DNA of 64,000 nt from the IMG/VR virus record IMGVR_UViG_3300042191_000068, positions 224 through 64,223 of that record; one strand, written 5' to 3'. The notes under the pieces were generated by a model, which worked only from the letters and a program-made list of their open reading frames with translations, made no database searches and was not told the DNA's origin. Shown here piece by piece: positions 7,981-16,813 of this stretch. The first letter of the stretch is position 1. Every line of letters begins with the position of its first letter. The stretch comes from a virus (lineage: Duplodnaviria > Caudoviricetes). The translations under genes and the position numbers were made by a program.

Positions 7981-8274
7981 TGTATATTTTTGATACCGAC
8001 TTTTCGCGTTTTTCCGATTTTTGCCTCTCCGCCGATTGTTAGGCATTTGCGTCGCCGCCTCTCGCGGTGTGTATATTTTTGATACACCGATCAGGTGTTT
8101 TCTCAAAAATCGACTTTGTTGCAATGCAACAATCGTATGAGATGTGCTTGACACATTTTTAGTAACAGGTGATACTTCCTTTGTTTGTCTGTATAGTTTT
8201 GATACTCCGTAGGGTATCACTTGCTGCATGATACTTGTATCTTTGCGTTACCTTGCATAGTAACATCCTGATAC
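7981..8274. repeat. Cluster of GTAW-N7-WTAC inverted-repeat boxes in an AT-rich non-coding region
   Basis: TGTATATTTTTGATAC at 7981-7996 and 8070-8085 (identical), TGTATAGTTTTGATAC 8190-8205, GTATCTTTGCGTTAC 8237-8251, GTAACATCCTGATAC 8260-8274. Confidence 0.7.
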
Positions 8275-8298
8275 AAGGCCGGGATGTTTTCCGGCCTT
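8275..8298. terminator. Hairpin (terminator or processing site)
   Basis: AAGGCCGG-GATGTTTT-CCGGCCTT just downstream of 8311..8772. Confidence 0.5.
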
Positions 8299-8310
8299 TA
8301 GTGTGTATCA

Positions 8311-8772
8311 TTAATATACTAAGCCGAGGCTTTCGACTGCCGCTTTAAACTCTTGCATTAGGTCCGGCAACCGAGCGAGCAGGAGAGCGGGACTCTGTAA
8401 TTGCGCAAGTGTTGCTTCCGGCCAGACAGCAGTTGAACGGGCAAAGTCGATGTTCGGGCTTTCCGCTCTTGCGTGGTAAGTAGTATTTGCAAGGTAGTGC
8501 ATCGGCCCATCGGTGCTGCATAAGTGCCATTTTAGATATGGTGTCAACTCCGGGAAGAACCTCGCTACATCTTCGTGGAGCATCCCCCAACTGCATTCGT
8601 ACCAGCGATTGTTCTTTTTCTTCTCTGAGAGTGTCCCAGTGATAGAGAATGAGTTGTGACCATTTTCGCATTCGTCGTCATGTCGGATGGTTACGACAAG
8701 TTTTTCTCTGTCGATGACTTTGGTCATGACTTTCTTTTGATTTCTTACAAGCTTACTTTCTGGTAAGTTCAT
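8311..8772 (-). CDS. Phage early hypothetical protein (153 aa)
   Basis: HDDECENGHNSFSITG...GMLHEDVARFFPEL...KWHLC; SD AAGGAG. Confidence 0.8.
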   Translation of the reverse strand: MNLPESKLVRNQKKVMTKVIDREKLVVTIRHDDECENGHNSFSITGTLSEKKKNNRWYECSWGMLHEDVARFFPELTPYLKWHLCSTDGPMHYLANTTYHARAESPNIDFARSTAVWPEATLAQLQSPALLLARLPDLMQEFKAAVESLGLVY

Positions 8773-8959
8773 GGTTTGTTTCTCCTTGTTCAAAGTTTAG
8801 CTCTCCCGAGCAAATAAAGTCTTCCCTTTCCTCGTCGTCCCGTTCCGGGATAAAAGGTGTCCCCCATTCCGGCAAATCGTCCAGGTTCTGGTCTTTCAGC
8901 CTTATTTGATATAAGGCCATGAACTTACGGAGTTTTTTCTTCTTTTCTTCTTTTGTCAT
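8753..8959 (-). CDS. Hypothetical protein (68 aa)
   Basis: SD GGGGA; within the operon. Confidence 0.6.
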   Translation of the reverse strand: MTKEEKKKKLRKFMALYQIRLKDQNLDDLPEWGTPFIPERDDEEREDFICSGELNFEQGETNHELTRK

Positions 8960-8970
8960 TGTCGGTCCCC

Positions 8971-9147
8971 CTATTTTTGAGCCTTAATAACATAGTGGCC
9001 ATCTCGGACAGCCTTGTTCATCTGGCGTTTTGTATAGTGCGCATGCACGCTAAACTCATGCGTATCTTTATGTAGCATCCCCCACACTATGCGAAACGGC
9101 AGGAGTGTTTTAATTAATACGATTTTATTTATTTGCTCTTTGGTCAT
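8971..9147 (-). CDS. Hypothetical protein (58 aa)
   Basis: Manual ORF MTKEQINKIVLIKTLLPFRIVWG...; SD AAGGAGG. Confidence 0.65.
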   Translation of the reverse strand: MTKEQINKIVLIKTLLPFRIVWGMLHKDTHEFSVHAHYTKRQMNKAVRDGHYVIKAQK

Positions 9148-9187
9148 TGTGTCATTCCTCCTTTAGATTTTTATCTTAACCACTCCA

Positions 9188-9218
9188 TAAAACCGGGATA
9201 TCTCAGTTCCCGGTTTTA
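9188..9218. terminator. Perfect 11-bp hairpin
   Basis: TAAAACCGGGA-9 nt-TCCCGGTTTTA. Confidence 0.6.
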
Positions 9219-9225
9219 GCAGGGG

Positions 9226-9423
9226 TCAAGCGACCTCATTAATAAAGTTTTTTCTTGTTTCCAACAAGGAAATCATATCGATATCGGACTTCCAAAGTCG
9301 TGCCGCCGATATCATGCTTTCTCGGTATACCTCCTCAGTCATTGCTTCCAGCAAGTAGAGGTGCTGAATGATGTTGAGATGATTCTGGTATTTGCTAAGA
9401 GCCAGCTCATGTAAGTGTTTCAT
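9226..9423 (-). CDS. Hypothetical protein (65 aa)
   Basis: ATGA-coupled to the upstream gene. Confidence 0.6.
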   Translation of the reverse strand: MKHLHELALSKYQNHLNIIQHLYLLEAMTEEVYRESMISAARLWKSDIDMISLLETRKNFINEVA

Positions 9424-9839
9424 AATTCCCCCCGTTCGATATAGCATCGATCAAAAACGCCTTCGTATGGGATGCCCTCCCAGTACGAAGAACCGAAGAT
9501 ATTTTCGTACCCGTAATAGGCTACGAGGTGTTGAATTGTTACTGGCAGTACCTCCTGCAGCGTCCACCAAAAATCTTCGTCCGGCTGATCATTGGCGCCG
9601 ACAAACGATTTGAACGAATCCCAATCCATCCAATCATATTCTTTCTTAAGATCAAGATTTTTATCGATAGTACAGAAATCGAACCGCACGTACTCGGTAT
9701 CGTCGCGCCGGATACCATAATAAAAGATGATATCTTCCGGCCCTTCGATCCAGGCAATGCCGTACTCTTTCAAAGACGTTTCAATATCGGCGTCAGGGCC
9801 TTCAATCTTGGTTATATCATATTCGTATCTTGTTTCCAT
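9420..9839 (-). CDS. Acidic hypothetical protein (139 aa)
   Basis: SD GAGGTG; D/E- and aromatic-rich. Confidence 0.75.
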   Translation of the reverse strand: METRYEYDITKIEGPDADIETSLKEYGIAWIEGPEDIIFYYGIRRDDTEYVRFDFCTIDKNLDLKKEYDWMDWDSFKSFVGANDQPDEDFWWTLQEVLPVTIQHLVAYYGYENIFGSSYWEGIPYEGVFDRCYIERGEL

Positions 9840-9842
9840 TTC

Positions 9843-10019
9843 TCACCTCACTTTTTTAGATTGAAACTTCCCATTAATTACGTGCTTGCTTACCAGCTTG
9901 CCACTTACAGGCCAGTAGCAAGCATAGGTTCTTCCAGAACCAAGGATCAATGCTTTCTCGGTTCTGCCGGTTATTTCGTATTGCCGGGAGTTAATTACTG
10001 CTACGCTTTGCATGTTCAT
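9843..10019 (-). CDS. Hypothetical protein (58 aa)
   Basis: Manual ORF MNMQSVAVINSRQYEITGRTEK...; ATGA overlap with 10016..10279. Confidence 0.6.
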   Translation of the reverse strand: MNMQSVAVINSRQYEITGRTEKALILGSGRTYACYWPVSGKLVSKHVINGKFQSKKVR

Positions 10020-10279
10020 TTGCTCATCTCCTTCATTATGGCCTTCAAGGCGCTGTCAATGTGTGCATCGTCGAGGTACACATATAAGGTATCACAAGCG
10101 TACTTGGTAAGTCCAGCAGCGTGAAACAAGTCCCACCGGAAGCGCTTATCTACGTCCTTAACACGAGGATCATTCTCCAGGTTACGCAGATATGCAGTTA
10201 CGTCAAGCGCTGGAGTACCAGCCAGCTTGTCTACCATTGCGCTCTTCATGTGCTCGTAATGTTCTTTCTTGATCTTCAT
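10016..10279 (-). CDS. Phage early protein (87 aa)
   Basis: RFRWDLF...LYVYLDDAHIDSALK pattern seen in early phage proteins; first gene after the promoter. Confidence 0.75.
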   Translation of the reverse strand: MKIKKEHYEHMKSAMVDKLAGTPALDVTAYLRNLENDPRVKDVDKRFRWDLFHAAGLTKYACDTLYVYLDDAHIDSALKAIMKEMSK

Positions 10280-10330
10280 GGTCTCACCCCTTGTCTGATT
10301 GTTGTTCGATTAACTACCATCCATATAAAC

Positions 10331-10359
10331 AAGATAACATTCTGTTATCTGATTGTCAA
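10331..10359 (-). promoter_or_regulatory. Sigma70-type extended -10 promoter for the leftward early operon
   Basis: TTGACA-17 nt-TATCTT with TGn; overlaps the palindrome GATAAC-N5-GTTATC. Confidence 0.75.
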
Positions 10360-10733
10360 ATATAAAATGCAACTCAATTAACATTTAATAACATAAAGAT
10401 GCACAATTACCGATTGTTGCTAGGTTGATCCAGGTTCAACGTTTTATTTGTGCGTGCTAATGCATTGACAGCACGTTAATCGGCTTACAGGCGGGCGCAC
10501 GTAATGTTGCATATGCACGTAATCAGCGGATTGACATTGTTTCGGGCTTGACCGGCTGCAAGCTGGGATCATAGGGGCGGGGTATGTCGTGTTCTGGGAG
10601 GTAGGCGCCTGGGGGGACGAGGCCCGAGGGGGTGCCGTCCTTTATCATGACTGCGTACCACTGAAACCCCAAAAAATCCAAAACCTGACAATGGAGCATT
10701 GAAAATTTTAAAATTTCTTGCCGATCTAAAATC

Positions 10734-10762
10734 TTGACAATTGAGTCACATAAAGATATAAT
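10734..10762 (+). promoter_or_regulatory. Perfect-consensus sigma70 promoter
   Basis: TTGACA(10734-39)-17 nt-TATAAT(10757-62), with an AT-rich upstream element. Confidence 0.9.
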
Positions 10763-10789
10763 AAGTGAAAATTCTAAGGAGGGGGAACT

Positions 10790-10981
10790 GTGGTAGGTAA
10801 ATTTATTTTTATCGTTAACTTAGTACTGGTGGTGCTCATATTACTGTCGGGCCCTATTCTTTTATCGAGGTACGTACATAGAAACGACGATATTTTAAAG
10901 CAACGGTGCGAAGAGGCTGGGGGGCTATTTATCAGGGCAAGCAGCCCATTGGTTGCGTGTGTTAAGGAAGTAAAGTTCTAA
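10790..10981 (+). CDS. Small membrane protein (63 aa)
   Basis: N-terminal TM helix; SD AAGGAGGGGG; GTG start. Confidence 0.7.
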   Translation: MVGKFIFIVNLVLVVLILLSGPILLSRYVHRNDDILKQRCEEAGGLFIRASSPLVACVKEVKF

Positions 10982-10991
10982 GGAGGAGGAG

Positions 10992-11342
10992 ATGCCAAAG
11001 GAATTACTTTTCTCAGTGACGAAGAAAGATCTTGAGATCGATTTCTTCAGTGGGACCGGCGCAGGAGGGCAGTATAGGAATAAGCACCAGAACTGTGTCC
11101 GTATTCGCCACAAGGATTCTGGAGCCTTCGCTACCGGGCAATCAAACCGGGAGAGGCCGGCAAACATCCAAGAGGCGTTTCGCAACTTGCTGGAGCACCC
11201 AAAGTTCAAGATATGGCAGTCGCAGAAGATATTGGAGTGCGTCTCCGGGGAGACGACCGCGCAGCGCGTGGAGAAAGCTCTGGCGCCGGAGAACTTGAAG
11301 GTTGAGGGGAAGGACGGAAACGGGAGATGGGAGGAATTATGA
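10992..11342 (+). CDS. Stand-alone peptide-chain-release-factor-like (GGQ) protein (116 aa)
   Basis: DLEIDFFSGTGAGGQYRNKHQNCVRIRH...SNRER.ANIQEAF matches the RF-1 catalytic domain; SD AGGAGG. Confidence 0.9.
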   Translation: MPKELLFSVTKKDLEIDFFSGTGAGGQYRNKHQNCVRIRHKDSGAFATGQSNRERPANIQEAFRNLLEHPKFKIWQSQKILECVSGETTAQRVEKALAPENLKVEGKDGNGRWEEL

Positions 11343-11605
11343 TAACTTTTTCGGATGAAGAACTGAGAGTGCTCGAACGTGTTGTAGGCGGAGACGCAAA
11401 AGCTGAGGTTGTGAAGGGGTACTTCTCAAACCTGCAGTTGCGTGTGACCTGCGAGTTCTCTGGACAAGGGTATGGGACGATGAAGACACTGTACCGAGAC
11501 TACCCGAACGACGCGAAGATGGACATAGTGCGATCGGTCGTTTACGACCTTGCTGAAATGCGAATCGCCGAGGAGTTCAAAGCCCTGGTTCCGGAGGAAC
11601 TATGA
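11339..11605 (+). CDS. Hypothetical protein (88 aa)
   Basis: ATGA coupling on both sides. Confidence 0.7.
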   Translation: MITFSDEELRVLERVVGGDAKAEVVKGYFSNLQLRVTCEFSGQGYGTMKTLYRDYPNDAKMDIVRSVVYDLAEMRIAEEFKALVPEEL

Positions 11606-12030
11606 ACTATAGAGAACTCTTGGATCGCAGCTACGAGCGAGAAAACGCTGAGGAAGAGCAATCGCGGTACGCATACCTGTCCGAGTACATTTTCATGTTC
11701 ACTACCTACGACTCAGAGATCTCAGACGAGTTCGGCCAGATAGCGGTCGCAGTTTGCGAAGCAGTAACAAACCGCACTACGTTCGAGTTCATAAAGGACC
11801 CAGAGAACTACCGGCGATTTATACTTCTCTGCAACACACCATTCTTCTCCGACCGCATTGAGTGGGGAACGTCTATACGGGGAGCGTGGTGGCGGTTCGA
11901 CATGATCAAGATGGATAGTTGTGGTTTATGGTCAGCGGACGGAGACCAGCTCGAAGAGATATCGTTTCCGCCGGAGGAGTGGGGTACGTTCATGCAGGAG
12001 GTAATCGCGTTTGCGAGAAACGAAACTTGA
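11602..12030 (+). CDS. Hypothetical protein (142 aa)
   Basis: SD GGAGG; ATGA coupling. Confidence 0.75.
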   Translation: MNYRELLDRSYERENAEEEQSRYAYLSEYIFMFTTYDSEISDEFGQIAVAVCEAVTNRTTFEFIKDPENYRRFILLCNTPFFSDRIEWGTSIRGAWWRFDMIKMDSCGLWSADGDQLEEISFPPEEWGTFMQEVIAFARNET

Positions 12031-12061
12031 CACCGAAGTAACGAAGTGATACAATCCAAGA

Positions 12062-12574
12062 ATGGAGACCCTAACTTTACTCAACGAAGACTTCTTCACC
12101 GATCTGGAGTTCGACGAGAACCAGGAGGAGGAGCCCGAGCTATCGCTCGTCCCTGCCAAGAGCAAGCCCCAATGGGTTCCTGCGGAACACCCACCAAACG
12201 TCAACCCCTGGGACCCGAGGCTCGTCCTCGACCTCGCTCTGGCGATCGAGGACACAGGTCCAATTCTGGACCGATATGACCTCCAACAGGAGGACTACGA
12301 CGCATTAATGCGCACTCCCTCCTTCAGACGGGACCTCGCCCTCACCATGAGGGAGGTAAGAGAGAACGGCTTGTCCTTCAGACATAAGGCCCGCGTCCAA
12401 GCGGAGAGCTACCTCGAAGTCCTCGACCAACTGGTTTACTCCCCGGCTACGCCGGCAAGCACGAGACTCGACGGGATAAAGCAGGCAGTTACGTGGGGCG
12501 ACCTAGCCCCTTCCGATAAGAAGGGCGACAGCCAGCAGCAGGCGCAAGCCATAAATATAAGTATTAACTTCTAA
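12062..12574 (+). CDS. Probable terminase small subunit
   Basis: Helical protein ending in INISINF, a C-terminal oligomerisation strand typical of TerS; located at the start of the late block. Confidence 0.6.
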   Translation: METLTLLNEDFFTDLEFDENQEEEPELSLVPAKSKPQWVPAEHPPNVNPWDPRLVLDLALAIEDTGPILDRYDLQQEDYDALMRTPSFRRDLALTMREVRENGLSFRHKARVQAESYLEVLDQLVYSPATPASTRLDGIKQAVTWGDLAPSDKKGDSQQQAQAINISINF

Positions 12575-12663
12575 TATCAAGTACTTACCTCACGCTCTCG
12601 CAGAACGACTCCTCCCTAGCCCATTAAGGGCGTTCAGAACTGATCATCTTTGTCAACATATTC

Positions 12664-12693
12664 TTGACAACCTACGTAACTTAGTGTTACACT
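12664..12693 (+). promoter_or_regulatory. Sigma70-type promoter overlapping a GTAAC-N5-GTTAC palindrome
   Basis: TTGACA-18 nt-TACACT with TGn; same architecture as 25654-25683. Confidence 0.75.
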
Positions 12694-12741
12694 CCTTGTA
12701 ATTAATCAGGCTCCGAGAGGAGCACATCATAAGGAGCTGAT

Positions 12742-13125
12742 ATGGCTGTTGGAACATGGGCAGACTTGGAGTATCGGAGAGGGCAGCTCGACGGCGAGAG
12801 CACAGAGCCCATAGGGCTTGTCAAAGAATTTACCGCGTCGGCAGACCTGGCTACCATCCCGACGGAAACAGTTCAGAATGAAACCGGGTTCCTGGTAGGC
12901 ATAGAGGTCGTAGCCGACGAGACTACCCCATTCGACTCTCTCGTTGTAAACTTCCAGTCGGTAGACGGCATCAGCCTGTATCTCGCTGCAGCGATAACTG
13001 CGTCCGACAGGATCGAAATTGATCCCGCCGTCCCCTTCGTCGGAGGCTACAAGCTCGCTTGTTCAAACAACACCACCAACTCCGCCAAGGCGAAGATTAT
13101 CTGCCTGGTCGTCTCAGGAGACTAA
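12742..13125 (+). CDS. Hypothetical, probably a virion beta-sandwich protein (127 aa)
   Basis: SD AAGGAG; beta-strand-rich. Confidence 0.75.
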   Translation: MAVGTWADLEYRRGQLDGESTEPIGLVKEFTASADLATIPTETVQNETGFLVGIEVVADETTPFDSLVVNFQSVDGISLYLAAAITASDRIEIDPAVPFVGGYKLACSNNTTNSAKAKIICLVVSGD

Positions 13126-13128
13126 GGT

Positions 13129-15663
13129 ATGAAGTACGTCAAGCGCAGGCTGCTGCGCAGCGGACTACCTCGCGAAAACCTCAGTTTTCTCGTCAGGAGG
13201 AACCCAGCTACCGGGTTGCTGATGCCGGATAGTATCGGCATATCTGCCAGAAGCAAAGCCGACAACAGCACCACCGCAACTTATTTTGTCCTGCCAAACA
13301 CCGACGCATCGAACCACGTCCGCTACAGTGCTATAAGCCTTGCGGATTGTGCTTTAGCTGGGGCCCCCGCGGCGTCGATCAATGCTCTGTTCACGGCTGG
13401 CGGGGCAGGGACGAAAATTGTTTTAGGTAGTGGCACGTATGGGGCTGCGGAGATGTCAGCCGGAACGAGCGGAGTCCGTATGGCTGCTGCCGATCAGTCT
13501 CTCATCGGTGTTCGTGGCGGCACTGTAATTCTTGGTGCCACCAACCTCAATGATAACACTGTATATGGTAGTGCAGCCGGGCATTTAATCCAAAACATCA
13601 GGCCCATCCGAGGCACAGGTGGCACTGCTGCTATCTACTCCCGCCCTGGAGCTGGAGGTGTTGGTATTGTAGATGGTTGCTATTTTGCCACACCTTGCCC
13701 TGGATACTACTTATACCAAGAAAATGGCACCATAAAGGTTCTGCGAAATACGTTTGTCGGGAGCGAAGGTTCATACGATGTTAGGTTCGCAGGTTCGGTG
13801 CTATTTGCGTTCAACACCGTGAAAAACAGTGCAAGTTCTGCGGCCACTCAACTATACCTGCAAGCCGCTGGTTCTACCTGTAGATTTTTTAGTAATCTTT
13901 TCAGCGGTCACGCTGGGCCATTGCTTGTATCTGCGGGGACACACACATCAGGAGTTGTGGATTTCTGCGGCAATATGGTCCTGCCTCCTGACTCCGCAAC
14001 AGGGCCACAGGGATTAAGCCTCAATGCTGCCATTACAGGCAGTGTCGATGGCAATTACATTGCAGCCAATCCACGTTTTGTGCAGGCCCCAACGTTCGGC
14101 GCGGCGCAGACAATCGGTACAAATCACTATTCAGATTTTCCCGGCATTACAGCAACCAAAACATCTGGCTATCTGACGTTTTCCATTGATGATTACAACG
14201 ACTCATCATACCACACCTGGGACTATATGTACGGTACTGATGGCACCGATGGGCTTGTCGCTCTGATGCAGTCGTACGGGGCTAAACTCGTTTGGTTTAT
14301 CAATACCAAATCTCTGGCTGAGATGCCTGATTACGCTACAAAAATAGCATGGTTTTTAGCTCAGGATAATATCGAGTGGGGTTGCCATACCGTCACGCAC
14401 TCCGACATGGCTTTCACGGGCAAAATTTGGGATGTGGTGAAAGGGGCTGAAACGGTGACGGTGGACAGGGCAGCGGACACCATAACCCTAAGCGGCGGCG
14501 GGGCGGTAACTGGATTCAGGGCAAAAACACTTGAGGCAATCCGCACTGAGTTAACCGCTCTCGGATGCACGATAACCCCTGTTGCAAATTACGACTCAGG
14601 TGTTGCCGGGACTCTCAGCCAGTACGTTAAAGGCGAGGCAATTGATAATGTCGCAGCGGGAACATCTCTGACATTACTCCGTGGCGATGATACTGAAGGA
14701 TATATCAAAGCGGAAATCTACGACTCCTTGGACGCGCTCGAAGCTCTTGTCGGCGTTGGGACTGTAAAAAGTTTTGCCTACCCGTTCGGCTCTGGACGGA
14801 CCGACGCATACCTCAAAGGCACGCTGCTGGCTGGCAGGAGTGGACAAATCACCAGTGCCAGGTCGGTAAATATTGACGGTAGTTCTCCTTGCAAAATTAA
14901 TGGCCTGGACAGGTATACCCTCGCTGCAACTACGGGGGCAAATCTCAAGACCAATGTTTCCCCCGGAGATACAGATGCGGACATCAAAGCTGGGATTCAT
15001 GGGCTATGTGCATATCTGGCTGAAAACGGGGGGTACAGCCATCTATACTGTCACAGTGCCAGTGATCTATCATTGCCCCAATGGAATCTTGTCCTGGCTG
15101 AGGCGTACAAATGGAGCGCTCATCTCCATATAGGCATGTCCGCTGCCGATGTGATGGATGATTTGTTGTCTATCGCAACCGATACCAATGGGATACTGGC
15201 TTATCAGTGGACGGATAATTCCAACTACAGACTGTTATCGACATCCTTCCTGAAAAATATTGGGGCAGCGCCTTTTATCGCTACAGACGGCGATCAGTAC
15301 GATTTGAACGGCAACATGGTTTATCATGCCGCCATGAATCGGCTGGTTTATCATGCTATTCCCGGTTTAAGTATCGGCGCGTATCAGTACGGAGGACCTG
15401 ATAAGGTTTATCATGGACTCACTGTTGCAAATGCTTGGGCGGCAATCCCTGAACTGTATGATGTGATCGGCCTGAACAACGCTGTCTACGCCGCCGATGG
15501 ATCGTCCGTGGCGTTTGATACTCCTGCGCTGGCTCTTGCCGCTCTCGCGTCTCTGGCTGACGATCAATACTTGTGGGGCGGGACCAAGGCGGCAGCACTT
15601 TTTAACATTGATATGACCGCCAAGGCAGGACCGATAAAGCGGTATGTCGGTGACACAGCGTGA
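13129..15663 (+). CDS. Tailspike-like protein: pectin-lyase-like beta-helix plus NodB-type polysaccharide deacetylase (844 aa)
   Basis: Repeating G/N-rich beta-helix N-terminal half; deacetylase motifs LTFSIDDY, GCHTVTH, FAYPFG, LYCH. Confidence 0.75.
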   Translation: MKYVKRRLLRSGLPRENLSFLVRRNPATGLLMPDSIGISARSKADNSTTATYFVLPNTDASNHVRYSAISLADCALAGAPAASINALFTAGGAGTKIVLGSGTYGAAEMSAGTSGVRMAAADQSLIGVRGGTVILGATNLNDNTVYGSAAGHLIQNIRPIRGTGGTAAIYSRPGAGGVGIVDGCYFATPCPGYYLYQENGTIKVLRNTFVGSEGSYDVRFAGSVLFAFNTVKNSASSAATQLYLQAAGSTCRFFSNLFSGHAGPLLVSAGTHTSGVVDFCGNMVLPPDSATGPQGLSLNAAITGSVDGNYIAANPRFVQAPTFGAAQTIGTNHYSDFPGITATKTSGYLTFSIDDYNDSSYHTWDYMYGTDGTDGLVALMQSYGAKLVWFINTKSLAEMPDYATKIAWFLAQDNIEWGCHTVTHSDMAFTGKIWDVVKGAETVTVDRAADTITLSGGGAVTGFRAKTLEAIRTELTALGCTITPVANYDSGVAGTLSQYVKGEAIDNVAAGTSLTLLRGDDTEGYIKAEIYDSLDALEALVGVGTVKSFAYPFGSGRTDAYLKGTLLAGRSGQITSARSVNIDGSSPCKINGLDRYTLAATTGANLKTNVSPGDTDADIKAGIHGLCAYLAENGGYSHLYCHSASDLSLPQWNLVLAEAYKWSAHLHIGMSAADVMDDLLSIATDTNGILAYQWTDNSNYRLLSTSFLKNIGAAPFIATDGDQYDLNGNMVYHAAMNRLVYHAIPGLSIGAYQYGGPDKVYHGLTVANAWAAIPELYDVIGLNNAVYAADGSSVAFDTPALALAALASLADDQYLWGGTKAAALFNIDMTAKAGPIKRYVGDTA

Positions 15664-15715
15664 CCGATATGAAACTACAATCTTTTTGGCTGACAAATTT
15701 TAGGAGTATAAAAAT

Positions 15716-15811
15716 ATGAAAATATACTTACTCGCAACAGCAACCCTGATCCTCTTTTTCTTCGCAGGGGTTGGCCTGTACTCAATGTTTCAAACGCTGA
15801 CATTTTATTGA
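15716..15811 (+). CDS. Single-TM micropeptide (31 aa)
   Basis: MKIYLLATATLILFFFAGVGLYSMFQTLTFY; SD AGGAG. Confidence 0.6.
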   Translation: MKIYLLATATLILFFFAGVGLYSMFQTLTFY

Positions 15812-15819
15812 GGTGACAA

Positions 15820-16569
15820 ATGAAAAAATTACTTCTTCCCCTTCTTCTGATTTTCGCACTGTCCGGGTGTTCTTCGAAATCTCCTGTCGAAATGGCGGCG
15901 GACGTCGGGGAATTTGCGCAAAGCGAGGCCATTACTACATCAGCGTGCTTCGAATATCTGAAGGTCCGCGACCAGCAGGAACTGGCCCTATACGAAGGCA
16001 TGGAGAGCGCAGACAAGGAGCGCGCACTCAGCACCAGAGCGATGAGCAAAATGGTCTCCGATCTTACCGGTAAGAGTCAGGACCTGTGTAAGCCTGGAAC
16101 AAACGTATGGGATGCGACAATTGCCTGGGCCGCCGAAAACGAGAAGACCAAGCGACAATACTCGACCGATCTCAAAAGCGTGGCGACCTTCGGTATTGTG
16201 ACGACAGGGGCCGTGAAACTTGTTGACTCCCTGGCCGGGGCCGTAGGTGACAAAATCAGCACTACCGGCGACAATTCCGGCGTGACGAAAACCACGACGA
16301 ATACGACCACCACGAATACCGCAGTTGCAGCAGACAAAAGCACAGCGACGAATAATGCTACCGCGGGTAGCAAGGAAGGGGAGACAGTGGCAACCGGCAA
16401 AACTCCGACCGCAGCACAGTGGGCCGACTGCACGACGGTTGCATCCGGAGCGGCCTCGAACTCCGAGATAAACGCCTGTCTGCAGCGTGATTACGGTATC
16501 AATTCGTCCGAATGCAACGGCGGAATCTGTATCGATGGTCAACCTTATAACGGCCCGGCGGTAAAATGA
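15820..16569 (+). CDS. Lipoprotein (249 aa)
   Basis: Signal peptide with lipobox LSGC; Thr-rich linker; C-terminal Cys-containing domain. Confidence 0.85.
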   Translation: MKKLLLPLLLIFALSGCSSKSPVEMAADVGEFAQSEAITTSACFEYLKVRDQQELALYEGMESADKERALSTRAMSKMVSDLTGKSQDLCKPGTNVWDATIAWAAENEKTKRQYSTDLKSVATFGIVTTGAVKLVDSLAGAVGDKISTTGDNSGVTKTTTNTTTTNTAVAADKSTATNNATAGSKEGETVATGKTPTAAQWADCTTVASGAASNSEINACLQRDYGINSSECNGGICIDGQPYNGPAVK

Positions 16570-16591
16570 TCACCATACTCAGTAGGCGAAC

Positions 16592-16783
16592 ATGAAAAAA
16601 GTGCAATGCGAGTGCGTAAAGTGCCAGCATAACGATTATGACGGAAAATCAGGGTGTGGGGTTTGCACCCTGGATGAAATCCAGCTCGATAAAAACGGAG
16701 TTTGCGCGGTTGTAGTAGGCCACATTTGTGGGGATATAATTTTAAAATGCAGAAACAAGGCCATGGCCGAAGTTGAAGAATGA
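16592..16783 (+). CDS. Small Cys-rich protein, DUF1540-like (63 aa)
   Basis: CECVKCQHN...C.VC.LDEIQLD..GVC. Confidence 0.6.
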   Translation: MKKVQCECVKCQHNDYDGKSGCGVCTLDEIQLDKNGVCAVVVGHICGDIILKCRNKAMAEVEE

Positions 16784-16813
16784 TCTACCTCAATAATCAA
16801 AGGAGCAATAAAA

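Noticed and set aside
8148-8176. Plus-strand promoter TTGACA-17-GATACT
   Set aside because: It points into minus-strand genes with no credible sense ORF; it could make antisense RNA, but support is too weak.
7981-8274. CRISPR array
   Set aside because: Repeats are 15-16 nt, degenerate and irregularly spaced; no cas operon (the Cas4-like nuclease is a routine phage exonuclease).
16784-16813. TGA read-through fusing 16592..16783 to 16814..17029 (they are in frame)
   Set aside because: The downstream gene has its own strong SD (AAAGGAG), and in-frame spacing has a 1-in-3 chance.
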